Program-made: the position numbers and the translations under genes
In this document: positions 30,059 through 39,498 of the stretch, in pieces
Layout of the letters: the number at the start of each line of letters is the position of its first letter
How positions within the stretch are numbered: the first letter of the stretch is position 1
The notes under the pieces: model-generated
The model's input: the letters and a program-made list of their open reading frames with translations, nothing else
What the model was told of the DNA's origin: nothing
Database searches by the model: none
Source of the DNA: an uncultured Trueperaceae bacterium
Lineage (GTDB): Bacteria > Deinococcota > Deinococci > Deinococcales > Trueperaceae
Direction of reading: 5' to 3'
Assembly: GCA_963732665.1 (NCBI GenBank)
Contig: CAVTAE010000014.1
Location: forward strand, 1,227,544 to 1,291,543
Length of the DNA stretch: 64,000 bases

Positions 30059-30574
30059 TTCACCTGACCTTTTGTTGATTCTATCGTAATTTTAATAGTC
30101 ACAATTGGGTTTATGGTCATGCCTTAACGAACACCTAACCGTTAGCCTTCCTACTTTTTCACCTCCCTTTTTCATGCCGACTGGAGCGTAATTCGTTGAT
30201 TGAAAGCTAAGTGCGATGCAGAAACATCAAAAATAAACAAAGCGAAATGGAGGCATCTGACACACTAACTACTTACACAGCTTAGCTTTTCAGTGTCCGA
30301 CCTGGTATTTCTTACACTGCCCCAAACTTCTCCATTTCGCTATTGCTCCAGTCGAAGTGACCAACCCTCTCTCTTAACCTCATCCATCTTTGGATGGAAG
30401 TAACGTTTGCTGGTTTAGCCTATAGTATTTGTTTAAGGTTGTTAGCAGCAACCCAAACAAAGGATATATCGAGTAAAGTGTAAAACCTTAGAAAAATTAA
30501 TCATACTTGTAATGCTGTACTATAGGTCATTCGTTGTTTATTACGTTAAATCTGTAACTACTAGGAGGTGTGAG

Positions 30575-31156
30575 ATGGTTTGGTGGCAAGCTTTAAGTGC
30601 TTTGCAACAAGTGTTCTGGGTATTGGCAATTCTCTCGAGTAGTTTTTTCCTAATCAGTAACTTGCTTTCACTACTTGGCTTTGATGGATTTGAAACCGAT
30701 ATAGACACTGACTCAACACAAGGCTCTACAGGAGAACTGCTCGAGTTCCTAAGTTTTCGCAATATCGTGGCATTTACTTTAGGGTTTTCCTGGACTGGCG
30801 TTTTGTTTTATCCGCAATTCAAAGGATTGTCATTGTTGCTAGCACTGCTAGTCGGATTTGGATTTGCTGTCTTAAATCAATGGCTCATGAAAAAGCTACA
30901 GGGTTTAGAAAGCAGTGGAACCAGCAATATCAATCAGGCCATTGGGCAGGAAGCTAGGGTGAGTGTAGCGATTAATGCCGAGATGAAAGGAAAGGGAAAA
31001 GTTTTGGTGCGTGTGGGTGAACGTGAAATGGAACTTCTGGCAGTAACAGAAGATATCCAAAGCCTTAGTCGTGGCGAAAAGGTACAGGTCTACAATGTAG
31101 AAGATAATATAGTTTTTGTTTCACGTGAAGATAAACTTGGTATTCGTTCGCTTTAG
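30575..31156 (+). CDS. nfeD: NfeD-family membrane protein (short form, flotillin-associated)
   Basis: ATG 30575 with AGGAGGTG RBS; N-terminal TM helices plus C-terminal OB-fold-like region (KGKVLVRVGEREMELLAV); immediately upstream of flotillin. Confidence 0.75.
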   Translation: MVWWQALSALQQVFWVLAILSSSFFLISNLLSLLGFDGFETDIDTDSTQGSTGELLEFLSFRNIVAFTLGFSWTGVLFYPQFKGLSLLLALLVGFGFAVLNQWLMKKLQGLESSGTSNINQAIGQEARVSVAINAEMKGKGKVLVRVGEREMELLAVTEDIQSLSRGEKVQVYNVEDNIVFVSREDKLGIRSL

Positions 31157-31221
31157 TTTATGCGTTGATTCAAAGTGTTTTTCATAATAGTTTTTTCGTG
31201 ATGTATTATTTTTATTTTTAC

Positions 31222-31312
31222 TTTGGTGTAATGATAACGGCATGATACGCCCTGTTAAAACGGCATGATGCTATGAAATGAGGCGGAAGCCACGCCCTGT
31301 TAAAACGGCATA
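31222..31312 (+). repeat. direct repeats (ACGGCAT.AT-ACGCCCTGTTAAAACGGCAT.AT, ~2.5 copies) upstream of flotillin gene
   Basis: acggcatgatacgccctgttaaaacggcatgat ... acgccctgttaaaacggcataatacgccct; ends about 25 nt before the floT RBS. Confidence 0.6.
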
Positions 31313-31339
31313 ATACGCCCTATATTCAAGGAGGAAAAA

Positions 31340-32662
31340 ATGTTTAATGCAGCAATTATGGTAGGTATTGCAGTTGTATTTGCACTCTTGGTGATCATCT
31401 ATTGGGTCAGTCGTTATCGCCGTTGTCCATCCAATAAAATTCTGGTGGTTTACGGCCGTGTAGGTACGGGCAAAAGTGCCAAAGTGATTCACGGTGGAGG
31501 TGCTTTTGTGTGGCCCATTATTCAAGATTATGACTATCTTGATTTGGTTCCCATGACTATTGACATCAATCTTAAAAGTGCTTTGTCCAAACAAAATATC
31601 CGTGTAGATGTGCCTTCGCGTTTTACAGTGGCTATCAGCACCGATCAAACCAGCATGGTCAATGCGGCTGAGCGTATGCTTGGACTCAAACGTGCTGATA
31701 TTGAAGAGCTTGCCAAAGATATTATTTTCGGTCAGCTTAGGGCCACCATTGCCACTATGGATATTGAAGAAATTAATTCTGACCGTGAACGTTTTGAAAA
31801 AGCCGTGATGGACAATATAGAAACCGAGCTTCGCAAAGTTGGTCTTAGCGTAATTAATGTGAACATCAGTGATATTAGTGATGAAGGTGGTTATATTGAG
31901 GCCTTAGGTAAAAAAGCAAGCACTCAAGCAGTGAATCAGGCCAAAATTGACAGTGCCGATGCTGAGAAAAAAGGTGAGTCGGGTCGGGCACTGGCTTTAC
32001 AAGATCAGCGTGTGGCTGTAGCCGAAGCAGAAGCGCAAGCCCAGCTTGGTGAAAACAACTCGAGAGCCCGCATTGCCAACTCGGAAGCGCAGCTTAAAGT
32101 GGCCCAAGCCGAGGCTCAAAAAGTAGCAACAGTTGCCGAGCGCACCCGCCGTGCCGAAGCCGAAGTGGAAGCCTATAAAGCCGAGCAGATGGCCCAGCTC
32201 GAGCGTGCCAAAGCTGAAAAAGCCAAACTGGAAGCAGAAACGATTGTGCCCACACAAATTGCCCGTGAACAAACTATTCTCGAGGCGGAGGCAATTGCTG
32301 AATCATCAAAACACCAAGGTATCGGCGAAGCTGAGCGCATCAAAGCCATTCTCGAGGGTCAAGCTGATGGTTTCGCTAAAATCGTGCAAGCAGCCGGTGG
32401 CGATGCCAATGCAGCAGTACAACTGCTCTACGTGCAGCAATTACCTGAATTGATGAAAATTCAAACCGAAGCTATGAAGCAAATTAAGTTTGGAGATATT
32501 ACGTTAATTGGTGGAAGTCAGGAAGGTCAAAGCGGCATTTCTAATGTGATTAAAGAATTGAGTATGGGTTTGGCTGGGGCTAGTGCGATAGGGCAACAGT
32601 TAGGGATTCCGTTTTTACAGGGGCAGCAAAAGACACATGTTGAATCAAGCAAAACAGCGTAA
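31340..32662 (+). CDS. floT: flotillin/SPFH (band 7) protein, FloT/YqiK-like
   Basis: N-terminal TM helix, SPFH domain, long Ala/Glu-rich coiled coil (AEAEAQAQLGENN...), RBS AAGGAGG. Confidence 0.9.
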   Translation: MFNAAIMVGIAVVFALLVIIYWVSRYRRCPSNKILVVYGRVGTGKSAKVIHGGGAFVWPIIQDYDYLDLVPMTIDINLKSALSKQNIRVDVPSRFTVAISTDQTSMVNAAERMLGLKRADIEELAKDIIFGQLRATIATMDIEEINSDRERFEKAVMDNIETELRKVGLSVINVNISDISDEGGYIEALGKKASTQAVNQAKIDSADAEKKGESGRALALQDQRVAVAEAEAQAQLGENNSRARIANSEAQLKVAQAEAQKVATVAERTRRAEAEVEAYKAEQMAQLERAKAEKAKLEAETIVPTQIAREQTILEAEAIAESSKHQGIGEAERIKAILEGQADGFAKIVQAAGGDANAAVQLLYVQQLPELMKIQTEAMKQIKFGDITLIGGSQEGQSGISNVIKELSMGLAGASAIGQQLGIPFLQGQQKTHVESSKTA

Positions 32663-32700
32663 AGAAATATCAGTGAAATCACATGTTAATTTAGATCTGT

Positions 32701-32732
32701 GTTCAACAAGGGGCTTAAGCCCCTTGTTGAAC
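32701..32732. terminator. perfect 14-bp palindromic hairpin between convergent floT and aminotransferase genes (putative bidirectional terminator)
   Basis: gttcaacaaggggcttaagccccttgttgaac; no clear U-tract on either strand. Confidence 0.5.
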
Positions 32733-32768
32733 ACGAGTGTCGTTAGCTTTCGAGAATGCAATGATTGT

Positions 32769-34040
32769 TTATTGAACCTTATCCAGCGTAGCAATTAACC
32801 TTTGCACATCTTCATCACTGGTGTAATGCACAAAAGACAACCTAAGCACACCCGTATTGACATCAATCCCCAATGCTTCAACCACGCGGTAAGCATAAAA
32901 ATGCCCCCAACCACACATGAGGCCTTCTTTACCTAATTCAGTAGCTAGCGTTTGTGGTAGATGATTCTTGGGCAAGATAGCTAGGGTGGGGGCACGGTGT
33001 TCAGTAGTCTTAGGTCCAATGAGTTTATAGTTAGGATGATTGTTCAGATAATTTAGTAAGGGCTCGAGTCTAGCTGTTTCAGCAGTGCGAAACAGATCAT
33101 GAACTCTATGTGATTTTTCTTGACTAGAAACTGCATCTCCATAGTGATGTTTGTAAACAGCATCAAAATAATCAGTCACGCCTTTGGCAGCAGCTACCTG
33201 AGCATGGTCAGGCCCAGCAGGAATAAGACGTTTGTTCAGCTCGCTATCATTAAAAAAGTGACTCTGGTTTTTAAGTTTAGTCATGGTATTGCTGCGTACA
33301 ACAAACGCTCCTTGATGAGGGCCGTAAGTTTTATAAAGCGAGAATACATAAATGTCTACACCGAGTTCAGTCACATCAGGAAACCCGTGACCTGCATACG
33401 ATACGCCATCACAAACTACTACCGCACCAATCTCATGAGCTAGTTTGGCCCAGTCTTTTACTGGATTGATTTCGCCAACAACATTGGAACAATGCGGGAA
33501 GGCTACCAGTTTAGTTTTTTCAGTGAGTAACGCTTGCAATGAAGGAGTCTCGAGGCTGGCTGTTTCTGGGTTGACTTTCCACTCTTTTATGACCATGCCA
33601 TACTCAGCTAACCGCCGCCAAACTCCGCCATTAGCTTCGTGATCTTGATTGGTGACAATGATTTCATCACCAGCTTTTAAGTATCCGCGCATGGCCTGGG
33701 CTAGCACATAGGTGTTTTGCGAAGTAGAAGGTCCAAAGAATACTTCGTCAGAAGATACATTCAGATATTCGGCGAAACTCTCATAGCTTGCGTCCATAGC
33801 TTCACCAGCAATTCTCGAGGCTGGATGATCAAAATAAGGTTGAACTTTGGTTTTGCGGTAATAGTTCGTTAACAAATCAATGGTTTGCTTGCAAGCATAA
33901 GAACCACCAGCATTTTCAAAAAAGGCCTGACTAGAAAGACTGGGTTCAGAAAAGGCAGGAAATTGCTGGCGAACAAAGTTAAGGTCTAATGTTTTCATAG
34001 TCAGGAGTTTAACACTTCTGTCTTTTCCTCGAATGTGCAT
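32769..34040 (-). CDS. class V aminotransferase-fold PLP-dependent enzyme (cysteine desulfurase/kynureninase-like)
   Basis: PLP-fold motifs incl. FSLYKTYGPHQG (Lys for PLP). The start could be the internal ATG at 33998. Confidence 0.75.
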   Translation of the reverse strand: MHIRGKDRSVKLLTMKTLDLNFVRQQFPAFSEPSLSSQAFFENAGGSYACKQTIDLLTNYYRKTKVQPYFDHPASRIAGEAMDASYESFAEYLNVSSDEVFFGPSTSQNTYVLAQAMRGYLKAGDEIIVTNQDHEANGGVWRRLAEYGMVIKEWKVNPETASLETPSLQALLTEKTKLVAFPHCSNVVGEINPVKDWAKLAHEIGAVVVCDGVSYAGHGFPDVTELGVDIYVFSLYKTYGPHQGAFVVRSNTMTKLKNQSHFFNDSELNKRLIPAGPDHAQVAAAKGVTDYFDAVYKHHYGDAVSSQEKSHRVHDLFRTAETARLEPLLNYLNNHPNYKLIGPKTTEHRAPTLAILPKNHLPQTLATELGKEGLMCGWGHFYAYRVVEALGIDVNTGVLRLSFVHYTSDEDVQRLIATLDKVQ

Positions 34041-34079
34041 TTTGGCTTAAAACTGTCACTTTTGTGCTAAACTGATAGA

Positions 34080-34334
34080 ATGGAACGTTTTAGTAAGGCT
34101 ATGGAAATTGGAGACAATGGTCGTGTTGTGCTTCCTAAAGAAGTAAGAACCAAACTTTCAGTGGGCAAGGGTGATGAAGTTCTTTTTATTATCGAGAATG
34201 ATGAAATCAAAGTCACTACTCGAGCTGCTCTAGTTAAAAAGCTTGGTGGAATCTTTGCTAAAACGGATGGGCATGATCTTAGTGATGAACTTCTAGAAGA
34301 TAGACGTAAAGAGGCAAAGCGTAAAGAATGGTAA
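34080..34334 (+). CDS. vapB: type II antitoxin, AbrB/MazE (SpoVT_AbrB) fold, VapB-like
   Basis: NGRVVLPKEVRTKLSVGKGDEVLFIIEN swapped-hairpin motif; overlaps PIN gene by 7 nt. Confidence 0.8.
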   Translation: MERFSKAMEIGDNGRVVLPKEVRTKLSVGKGDEVLFIIENDEIKVTTRAALVKKLGGIFAKTDGHDLSDELLEDRRKEAKRKEW

Positions 34335-34720
34335 TTGACTCGAGTGCATTAATTGCTTTTCTTCGTCATGAAACTGGCTATCAAAAGGTCGAACGATTAC
34401 TCTTAAAAGGTGGCCTACTATTATCGACCATTAACCGTACTGAAGTGAAGGGAAAATTAGTTGGTATGGGAGTTTTTACCCCTAAACAAGTTGATGAGGT
34501 GCTGGTAAATCTTGGCGAATTACTTGAGATGGTTCCTTTTGACGTAGAGCAATCTGATTTGGCATCCTATTACTATGCTAGGAGAAATCCTTATAATCTT
34601 TCGCTGGGTGATAGTGCTTGTCTAGCTTTAGCAGAAAGCCGTAAGCTGGATGTTTTGACTGCAGAAGTAGCATGGTTAAAACTGCCACATTTGCCAATAA
34701 AGGTCATCACTATTCGTTAA
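34328..34720 (+). CDS. vapC: PIN-domain ribonuclease toxin VapC
   Basis: MVIDSSALIAFL (Asp4), conserved acidic residues further on (..DSACLALAE..). Confidence 0.8.
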   Translation: MVIDSSALIAFLRHETGYQKVERLLLKGGLLLSTINRTEVKGKLVGMGVFTPKQVDEVLVNLGELLEMVPFDVEQSDLASYYYARRNPYNLSLGDSACLALAESRKLDVLTAEVAWLKLPHLPIKVITIR

Positions 34721-36755
34721 CTTTTGTTCGTATAACCGCATCTATTGCTATGACCCCTTTACCCTTTGACATCACAAATAATGGATTAATATCTACTTCT
34801 AAAAGACTATCTATATTGTCTTCAGTGAATTTAGCCAGTTTCATAACTGTATCTACAAGGGCCTCCATATCTGCTATCTTTTGCCCACGATAGCCTGTAA
34901 GTAATGGATACATTTTAAGCCTAGAAAGTGCATCTTGAATATCCTTCTTCTGAATAGGAAATAAAAGGCTTTGGGTATCCTTAATAAGTTCAACCCATAT
35001 CCCGCCCATTGCTAAAGTGAGTGAAAGACCAAACTGAGGATCTCTTGAAATTCCTAAGAGCATTTCGGCAATAGGCTTGCTAGCCATTTGCTCTAAAAGG
35101 AAAGTATCTCCCAAGTGCTGAATGTTCTTAACGGCTTGTTTAACGTCTGCTTTTGTTTTGAGATTCAGCTCTACACCACCTACATCTGATTTATGGATGA
35201 TAGTGTCAGAAAGTATTTTGAGGACTACAGGAAAACCGAGCTTTTCGGCTTTTTTAGAGGCATCGGCAGATGTACAGACCAGAGATTTGGGGACAGGTAT
35301 ACCATAAGACTGTAATATCTTTTTACCTTTCACTTCATTGAAAGTGATTTCTTCACCATGTCTAAGTCTTGCTTTAGCTACTGCTTTGGGTAAAGCTTTT
35401 TGTTTTCCATAAAGAAGATTTGCACCTTTAATAGCAACTAGGCATTCTTCCATGCCTTGCATAGGTGCAATACCTTCTTTGATTAAAGCTTCTCTTACAT
35501 CTTCTGGTAGCGTTTCTGGCAGGCTGCTTACAACAGCACCTTTGGTATTTTGCAATTGAACTGCATTTGTAAAGGCTCGAGTGGTTTTATCCCAATCACT
35601 GCGGTTACGCCCTGCTTTTGGGTAATCAAGAATTTTTAGAGTGATAGCTTGCTGGCCTTGCATTAGGGCTGCAAAACATTTGGTTTGGGCATTTTCGTTT
35701 CCCCAGATATAGGTGTGATAATCCAGTGGGTTACTCAATTCTACTTTTTCACCTAAAACATTAAACAGAGATTGATGTTGAGATTTACTTAAGCTTGGAA
35801 AGTTTAGTCCTTGTTTACTTGCTAGGTCAGCTATAAGCGCAGCTTCACCACCTGAGCAACTGATTGAAGCAATACCGGTAGGTTTGAGTGGACCCACAAT
35901 ACTTAAAAATTTTAGTGTTTCAATAAATTGTGGCAGTGTATGTACTCGAGTAATTCCTAAGCGTTCAAAGAGAGCGTCATAAAGTTTGTCTGCGCCAGCG
36001 AGTGAACTGGTGTGGCTGAGAGTGATTTGCTTACCTTCTTCTGAAGAGCCAGTTTTAAGTACTGTGATAGGTTTTTTATATTTTAGAGCCTTGAGGGCTG
36101 CTTTGGAAAAAGCATGAATATCACCTAAGCCCTCGAGGTGTAGCCCAATAGCCGTAATGTGTTCATCATCTAGGAAGGCTTCTATATATTCATGAATAGC
36201 AACGCCAGCTTGATTGCCCACTGAAATAAGATAAGCTAGTGGTAGTGAGCGTTCTTGCATAGTGACATTAAGGGCAATGTTGCCACTTTGCATAATCACA
36301 GCAACACCCTGCTCTACATGTTTTCCGCCGTGCTGGTCAGGCCACAGAGCAACCCCATCAATATAATTTAAGAGCCCATAACAATTTGGTCCCACAATGG
36401 CCATATCGCCCATCGCATTTTGTAAACGCTGTTGAGCTTCACGACCTTCTTCTCCTACTTCGGCAAATCCTGAAGCGTAGCACACTGCACCACCTGCACC
36501 ACGTTTGGCTAAAGCCGAAACGGCCTCGATGCTTGCCTCTCGAGGGATGGCAATAAATGAAGCATCAGGAGCTTCTGGCAAGGCTTCGATACTTGGAAAA
36601 CAAGGTTGACCCTCGAGGTCTTGATATTTAGGATTAACAGCCCAGATTTTTCCAGTGAAGCCAATAGACTTGCATTGGCGAATTACTTCGGCGGCAGGTT
36701 TGCCACCGATGACGGCAATAGTTTTAGGATGAAGTAAACGCTCGAGAGATGTCAT
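34710..36755 (-). CDS. acyl-CoA synthetase (NDP/ADP-forming; CoA-binding + succinyl-CoA-synthetase-like + ATP-grasp domains)
   Basis: N-terminal CoA-binding fold (KTIAVIGGKP..), 681 aa fused alpha/beta arrangement typical of ADP-forming acetyl-CoA synthetase (ACD). Confidence 0.8.
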   Translation of the reverse strand: MTSLERLLHPKTIAVIGGKPAAEVIRQCKSIGFTGKIWAVNPKYQDLEGQPCFPSIEALPEAPDASFIAIPREASIEAVSALAKRGAGGAVCYASGFAEVGEEGREAQQRLQNAMGDMAIVGPNCYGLLNYIDGVALWPDQHGGKHVEQGVAVIMQSGNIALNVTMQERSLPLAYLISVGNQAGVAIHEYIEAFLDDEHITAIGLHLEGLGDIHAFSKAALKALKYKKPITVLKTGSSEEGKQITLSHTSSLAGADKLYDALFERLGITRVHTLPQFIETLKFLSIVGPLKPTGIASISCSGGEAALIADLASKQGLNFPSLSKSQHQSLFNVLGEKVELSNPLDYHTYIWGNENAQTKCFAALMQGQQAITLKILDYPKAGRNRSDWDKTTRAFTNAVQLQNTKGAVVSSLPETLPEDVREALIKEGIAPMQGMEECLVAIKGANLLYGKQKALPKAVAKARLRHGEEITFNEVKGKKILQSYGIPVPKSLVCTSADASKKAEKLGFPVVLKILSDTIIHKSDVGGVELNLKTKADVKQAVKNIQHLGDTFLLEQMASKPIAEMLLGISRDPQFGLSLTLAMGGIWVELIKDTQSLLFPIQKKDIQDALSRLKMYPLLTGYRGQKIADMEALVDTVMKLAKFTEDNIDSLLEVDINPLFVMSKGKGVIAIDAVIRTKVNE

Positions 36756-36757
36756 AG

Positions 36758-38344
36758 TTATAGCCAGCTCGAGTCCTGCTTTACTTCAATCAAAGTAGGT
36801 TTATCTTTGCTAAAACTTTCTTTGACGGCTTGCACAAAGATATCTTGTGTACTTGCTAAAACAGCATCGCATCCATAAGCTCTAGCAAGAGCCAAAAAAT
36901 CTGGATTATGCTGACGAATTTGTGTAGGTGGAATATTCACGGCTTCCATGCCGCGCTCAATTTCGCCAAGGCTGTCATTATTCCAAAGTAAAATAGGAAA
37001 GCCTAATTTATGCTCTACTGCCGTTCCTAATTCTTGTAAAGTATATTGAAATCCAGCATCGCCAATGATGGCGATTATATCTCGTTTGGGTTGAGCAAAT
37101 TTTGCCCCGATAGCAACCGGAAGTGCAAAGCCCAAACTGCCATAGCCTGCTGGATGAAGCCAGCATTTGGGTTTATGAATAGGGAGTAAGTGTGTTGCAG
37201 AATAAGCCAGTTGGGTCATATCAGAAACGACGACTGTATCTTCTTTTAAACTCTGACGCAAGATGTTAAGCAAATGCTGATGTTGTTGCTCGAGGGGTGA
37301 AAGCCCAGAGAGAATTTGTTTCTTGAGTTGTGCGACTTTTAAGGTGGTGGCTTCACTCGAGCGAGAGCTATTTTTTGTAGCCTGTCTAAGGGCTTGAGTT
37401 GCCAGTTTGGCATCGGCGTGAATAGCAACCTCAGCAGGATAGAGATCAGTCAGTTTATTTTCATCAATGTCAATGCGAATAAGCTGGCCTGAGAATGAAT
37501 GTTTGTGATTGTAACTATCAGTATCTGCCAACTCAGTGCCAATGGCTAAAATCACATCGGCTTGACTTAAATGTTCTTGTATACAAACTTGGGTTAGCGT
37601 TGTACCTAGTGAAAGGGGATGGCTTTCGGGGATAATGCCTTTACCAGCATTGGTAGTAATTACACTGGCCCCAAAGGTTTCGGCAAGAGATTGAATTTCA
37701 TCGCTACATTCAACTGCACCGCCACCAGCAAGGATGCAAGGGTTTTTAGAAGACTCGAGTAGCGATATGGCTTTTTGAATCAGAGCCAAATCAGGTTTAA
37801 GTTTTCCTCTACTAAGCACGGCTTTAAAATCATTTGATTCTACTTGTTGCCTTAAAATATCAAGTGCAATAGAAAGATGAACAGACCTTGGCCGCTGCGA
37901 AAAAATAGCGAAGGCCTGAGCTAGATAGTGCGCTAATTCGTCAACTTGTTTAATGTTGGCACTTAGGGCAGTGAGAGGTTTACTCACTGCGGTTAAATCG
38001 GTGACTTCATGCAAATATCCCCAGCCCTTACCCAAGGTATCAGAAGGTGCATCGCTCAAGATGACCAGCATGGGAATAGAGTCTGAGTAGGCTTGTCCTA
38101 GAGGTGTAGTGATATTGGTAAGTCCTGGACCTGAAATGACAAAACATACTCCAGGTTTATTGCTTAAGGCTGCGTAACCATAGGCCATAAAACCTGCACC
38201 TTGCTCGTGGCGAGTCAAAATGTGCTTAATCTTGCTGCTGGCTAACCCACGGTATAGCTCAAGGTTGTGTACACCGGGGATACCAAAAATGGTTTCGACA
38301 CCATAGTTCTCGAGATGTTTGACAATGCTTTCGCCAAAGGTCAT
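36758..38344 (-). CDS. thiamine-pyrophosphate enzyme (acetolactate synthase/2-ketoacid decarboxylase-like)
   Basis: TPP N-terminal domain (GIPGVHNLELYRGL), central domain, C-terminal TPP-binding GDAGFQYTLQELGTAVE motif. Confidence 0.8.
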   Translation of the reverse strand: MTFGESIVKHLENYGVETIFGIPGVHNLELYRGLASSKIKHILTRHEQGAGFMAYGYAALSNKPGVCFVISGPGLTNITTPLGQAYSDSIPMLVILSDAPSDTLGKGWGYLHEVTDLTAVSKPLTALSANIKQVDELAHYLAQAFAIFSQRPRSVHLSIALDILRQQVESNDFKAVLSRGKLKPDLALIQKAISLLESSKNPCILAGGGAVECSDEIQSLAETFGASVITTNAGKGIIPESHPLSLGTTLTQVCIQEHLSQADVILAIGTELADTDSYNHKHSFSGQLIRIDIDENKLTDLYPAEVAIHADAKLATQALRQATKNSSRSSEATTLKVAQLKKQILSGLSPLEQQHQHLLNILRQSLKEDTVVVSDMTQLAYSATHLLPIHKPKCWLHPAGYGSLGFALPVAIGAKFAQPKRDIIAIIGDAGFQYTLQELGTAVEHKLGFPILLWNNDSLGEIERGMEAVNIPPTQIRQHNPDFLALARAYGCDAVLASTQDIFVQAVKESFSKDKPTLIEVKQDSSWL

Positions 38345-39495
38345 ATAAGCCCTTTCACAAAACGTTCGATACGAGTTGCTGCTTCCTCAAGGTTTTCATC
38401 ATTCACTGTCAAGCTAATACGCACATGACCTACGGCATTAGGGCCAAAACTATCCGCAGCCAGCACGCTTACTTTTTCTTGCTCATAAAGCTTGTTGGCA
38501 AAACCTTGGGCACCTAGACCTGTTGGGCGAACATCCATTAGCAAAAACATTCCACCAGCAGGTGTATGGACATTGATGTTTTTAACTTTGGCTAAGTGTT
38601 GACAAAACAAATCACGGCGGTTTCTATAAATGCTTCGCATAGTGACTGTAATAGACTGATCTTGCAAAGCAGTCACCGCAGCATCCTGAATAAACATAGG
38701 TGCGCCAAAGAGCATACTCGAGAGCAGGTTGTTAAGGTGCTTACATAACTCCTTGGAGCCAATTACCCAGCCCAAACGCCAACCGGTCATAGCATGAGAT
38801 TTAGAAAGGCTTGAGATCACAGCAGTTCTATCGGCAATTTCTGTAAGCGTAGTAGCACTGATGGGATTAGTATCGTAATAAATCTCTTTATAGACTTCAT
38901 CACTGATCAGCCATAAATTATGCTCTTGGCATAATTGGGCCAGAGCATCTAAAGTTTCTTTAGGGAAAATTGCACCTGTGGGATTATTGGGGCTATTAAT
39001 AATAATAGCTTTGGTACGCGGTGTAATAGCTTTGGCAACATCGGCAACATCAAGCTGAAATTCATTCTCTGAGTGCAATGGAACTGTCACCATCGTTGCA
39101 CCAGTAGCACCAATAACCCCAGGATAGGTCACATAAAACGGTTCAGGAACAATCACTTTATCCCCTTTAGCTAGTAAACACATAGCGGTAGCAAAGAGTC
39201 CACATTGTGTACCCGGCACGACCACAACATTTTCTGGACTTATATTGCCGTAGTAAGCTGCAATTGCTTCGCGCAAATGCAATTCTCCATTAACAGGTGT
39301 ATAGTGCGTACGGCCTGATTGCAAACTTTGATATAGAGTATCCACCACATTGGTTGGTGTATTCATATCAGGGTCACCAATGGTTAATAAAATAACCTTG
39401 GGATTGTGTTTGGCTTCTTTAGCGGCAATGCTATGAAGTTTCCAGGCTTCATTGCTTTCAACTGCAACTTGATTTACAAAAGGTGAAAAATTCAT
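38341..39495 (-). CDS. class I/II (aspartate/aromatic-type) aminotransferase
   Basis: PLP-fold; SKSHAMTGWRLGW (Lys) motif. Confidence 0.85.
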   Translation of the reverse strand: MNFSPFVNQVAVESNEAWKLHSIAAKEAKHNPKVILLTIGDPDMNTPTNVVDTLYQSLQSGRTHYTPVNGELHLREAIAAYYGNISPENVVVVPGTQCGLFATAMCLLAKGDKVIVPEPFYVTYPGVIGATGATMVTVPLHSENEFQLDVADVAKAITPRTKAIIINSPNNPTGAIFPKETLDALAQLCQEHNLWLISDEVYKEIYYDTNPISATTLTEIADRTAVISSLSKSHAMTGWRLGWVIGSKELCKHLNNLLSSMLFGAPMFIQDAAVTALQDQSITVTMRSIYRNRRDLFCQHLAKVKNINVHTPAGGMFLLMDVRPTGLGAQGFANKLYEQEKVSVLAADSFGPNAVGHVRISLTVNDENLEEAATRIERFVKGLI

Positions 39496-39498
39496 GGT

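Noticed and set aside
31222-31312. Possible CRISPR array (direct repeats upstream of floT)
   Set aside because: Only about 2.5 copies, repeats abut or overlap without regular spacers, and there are no cas genes. This is more likely a regulatory repeat.
31271-31648. 125-aa minus-strand ORF overlapping the floT start
   Set aside because: Overlaps the strongly supported flotillin gene and its RBS; Cys/His-rich low-complexity translation.
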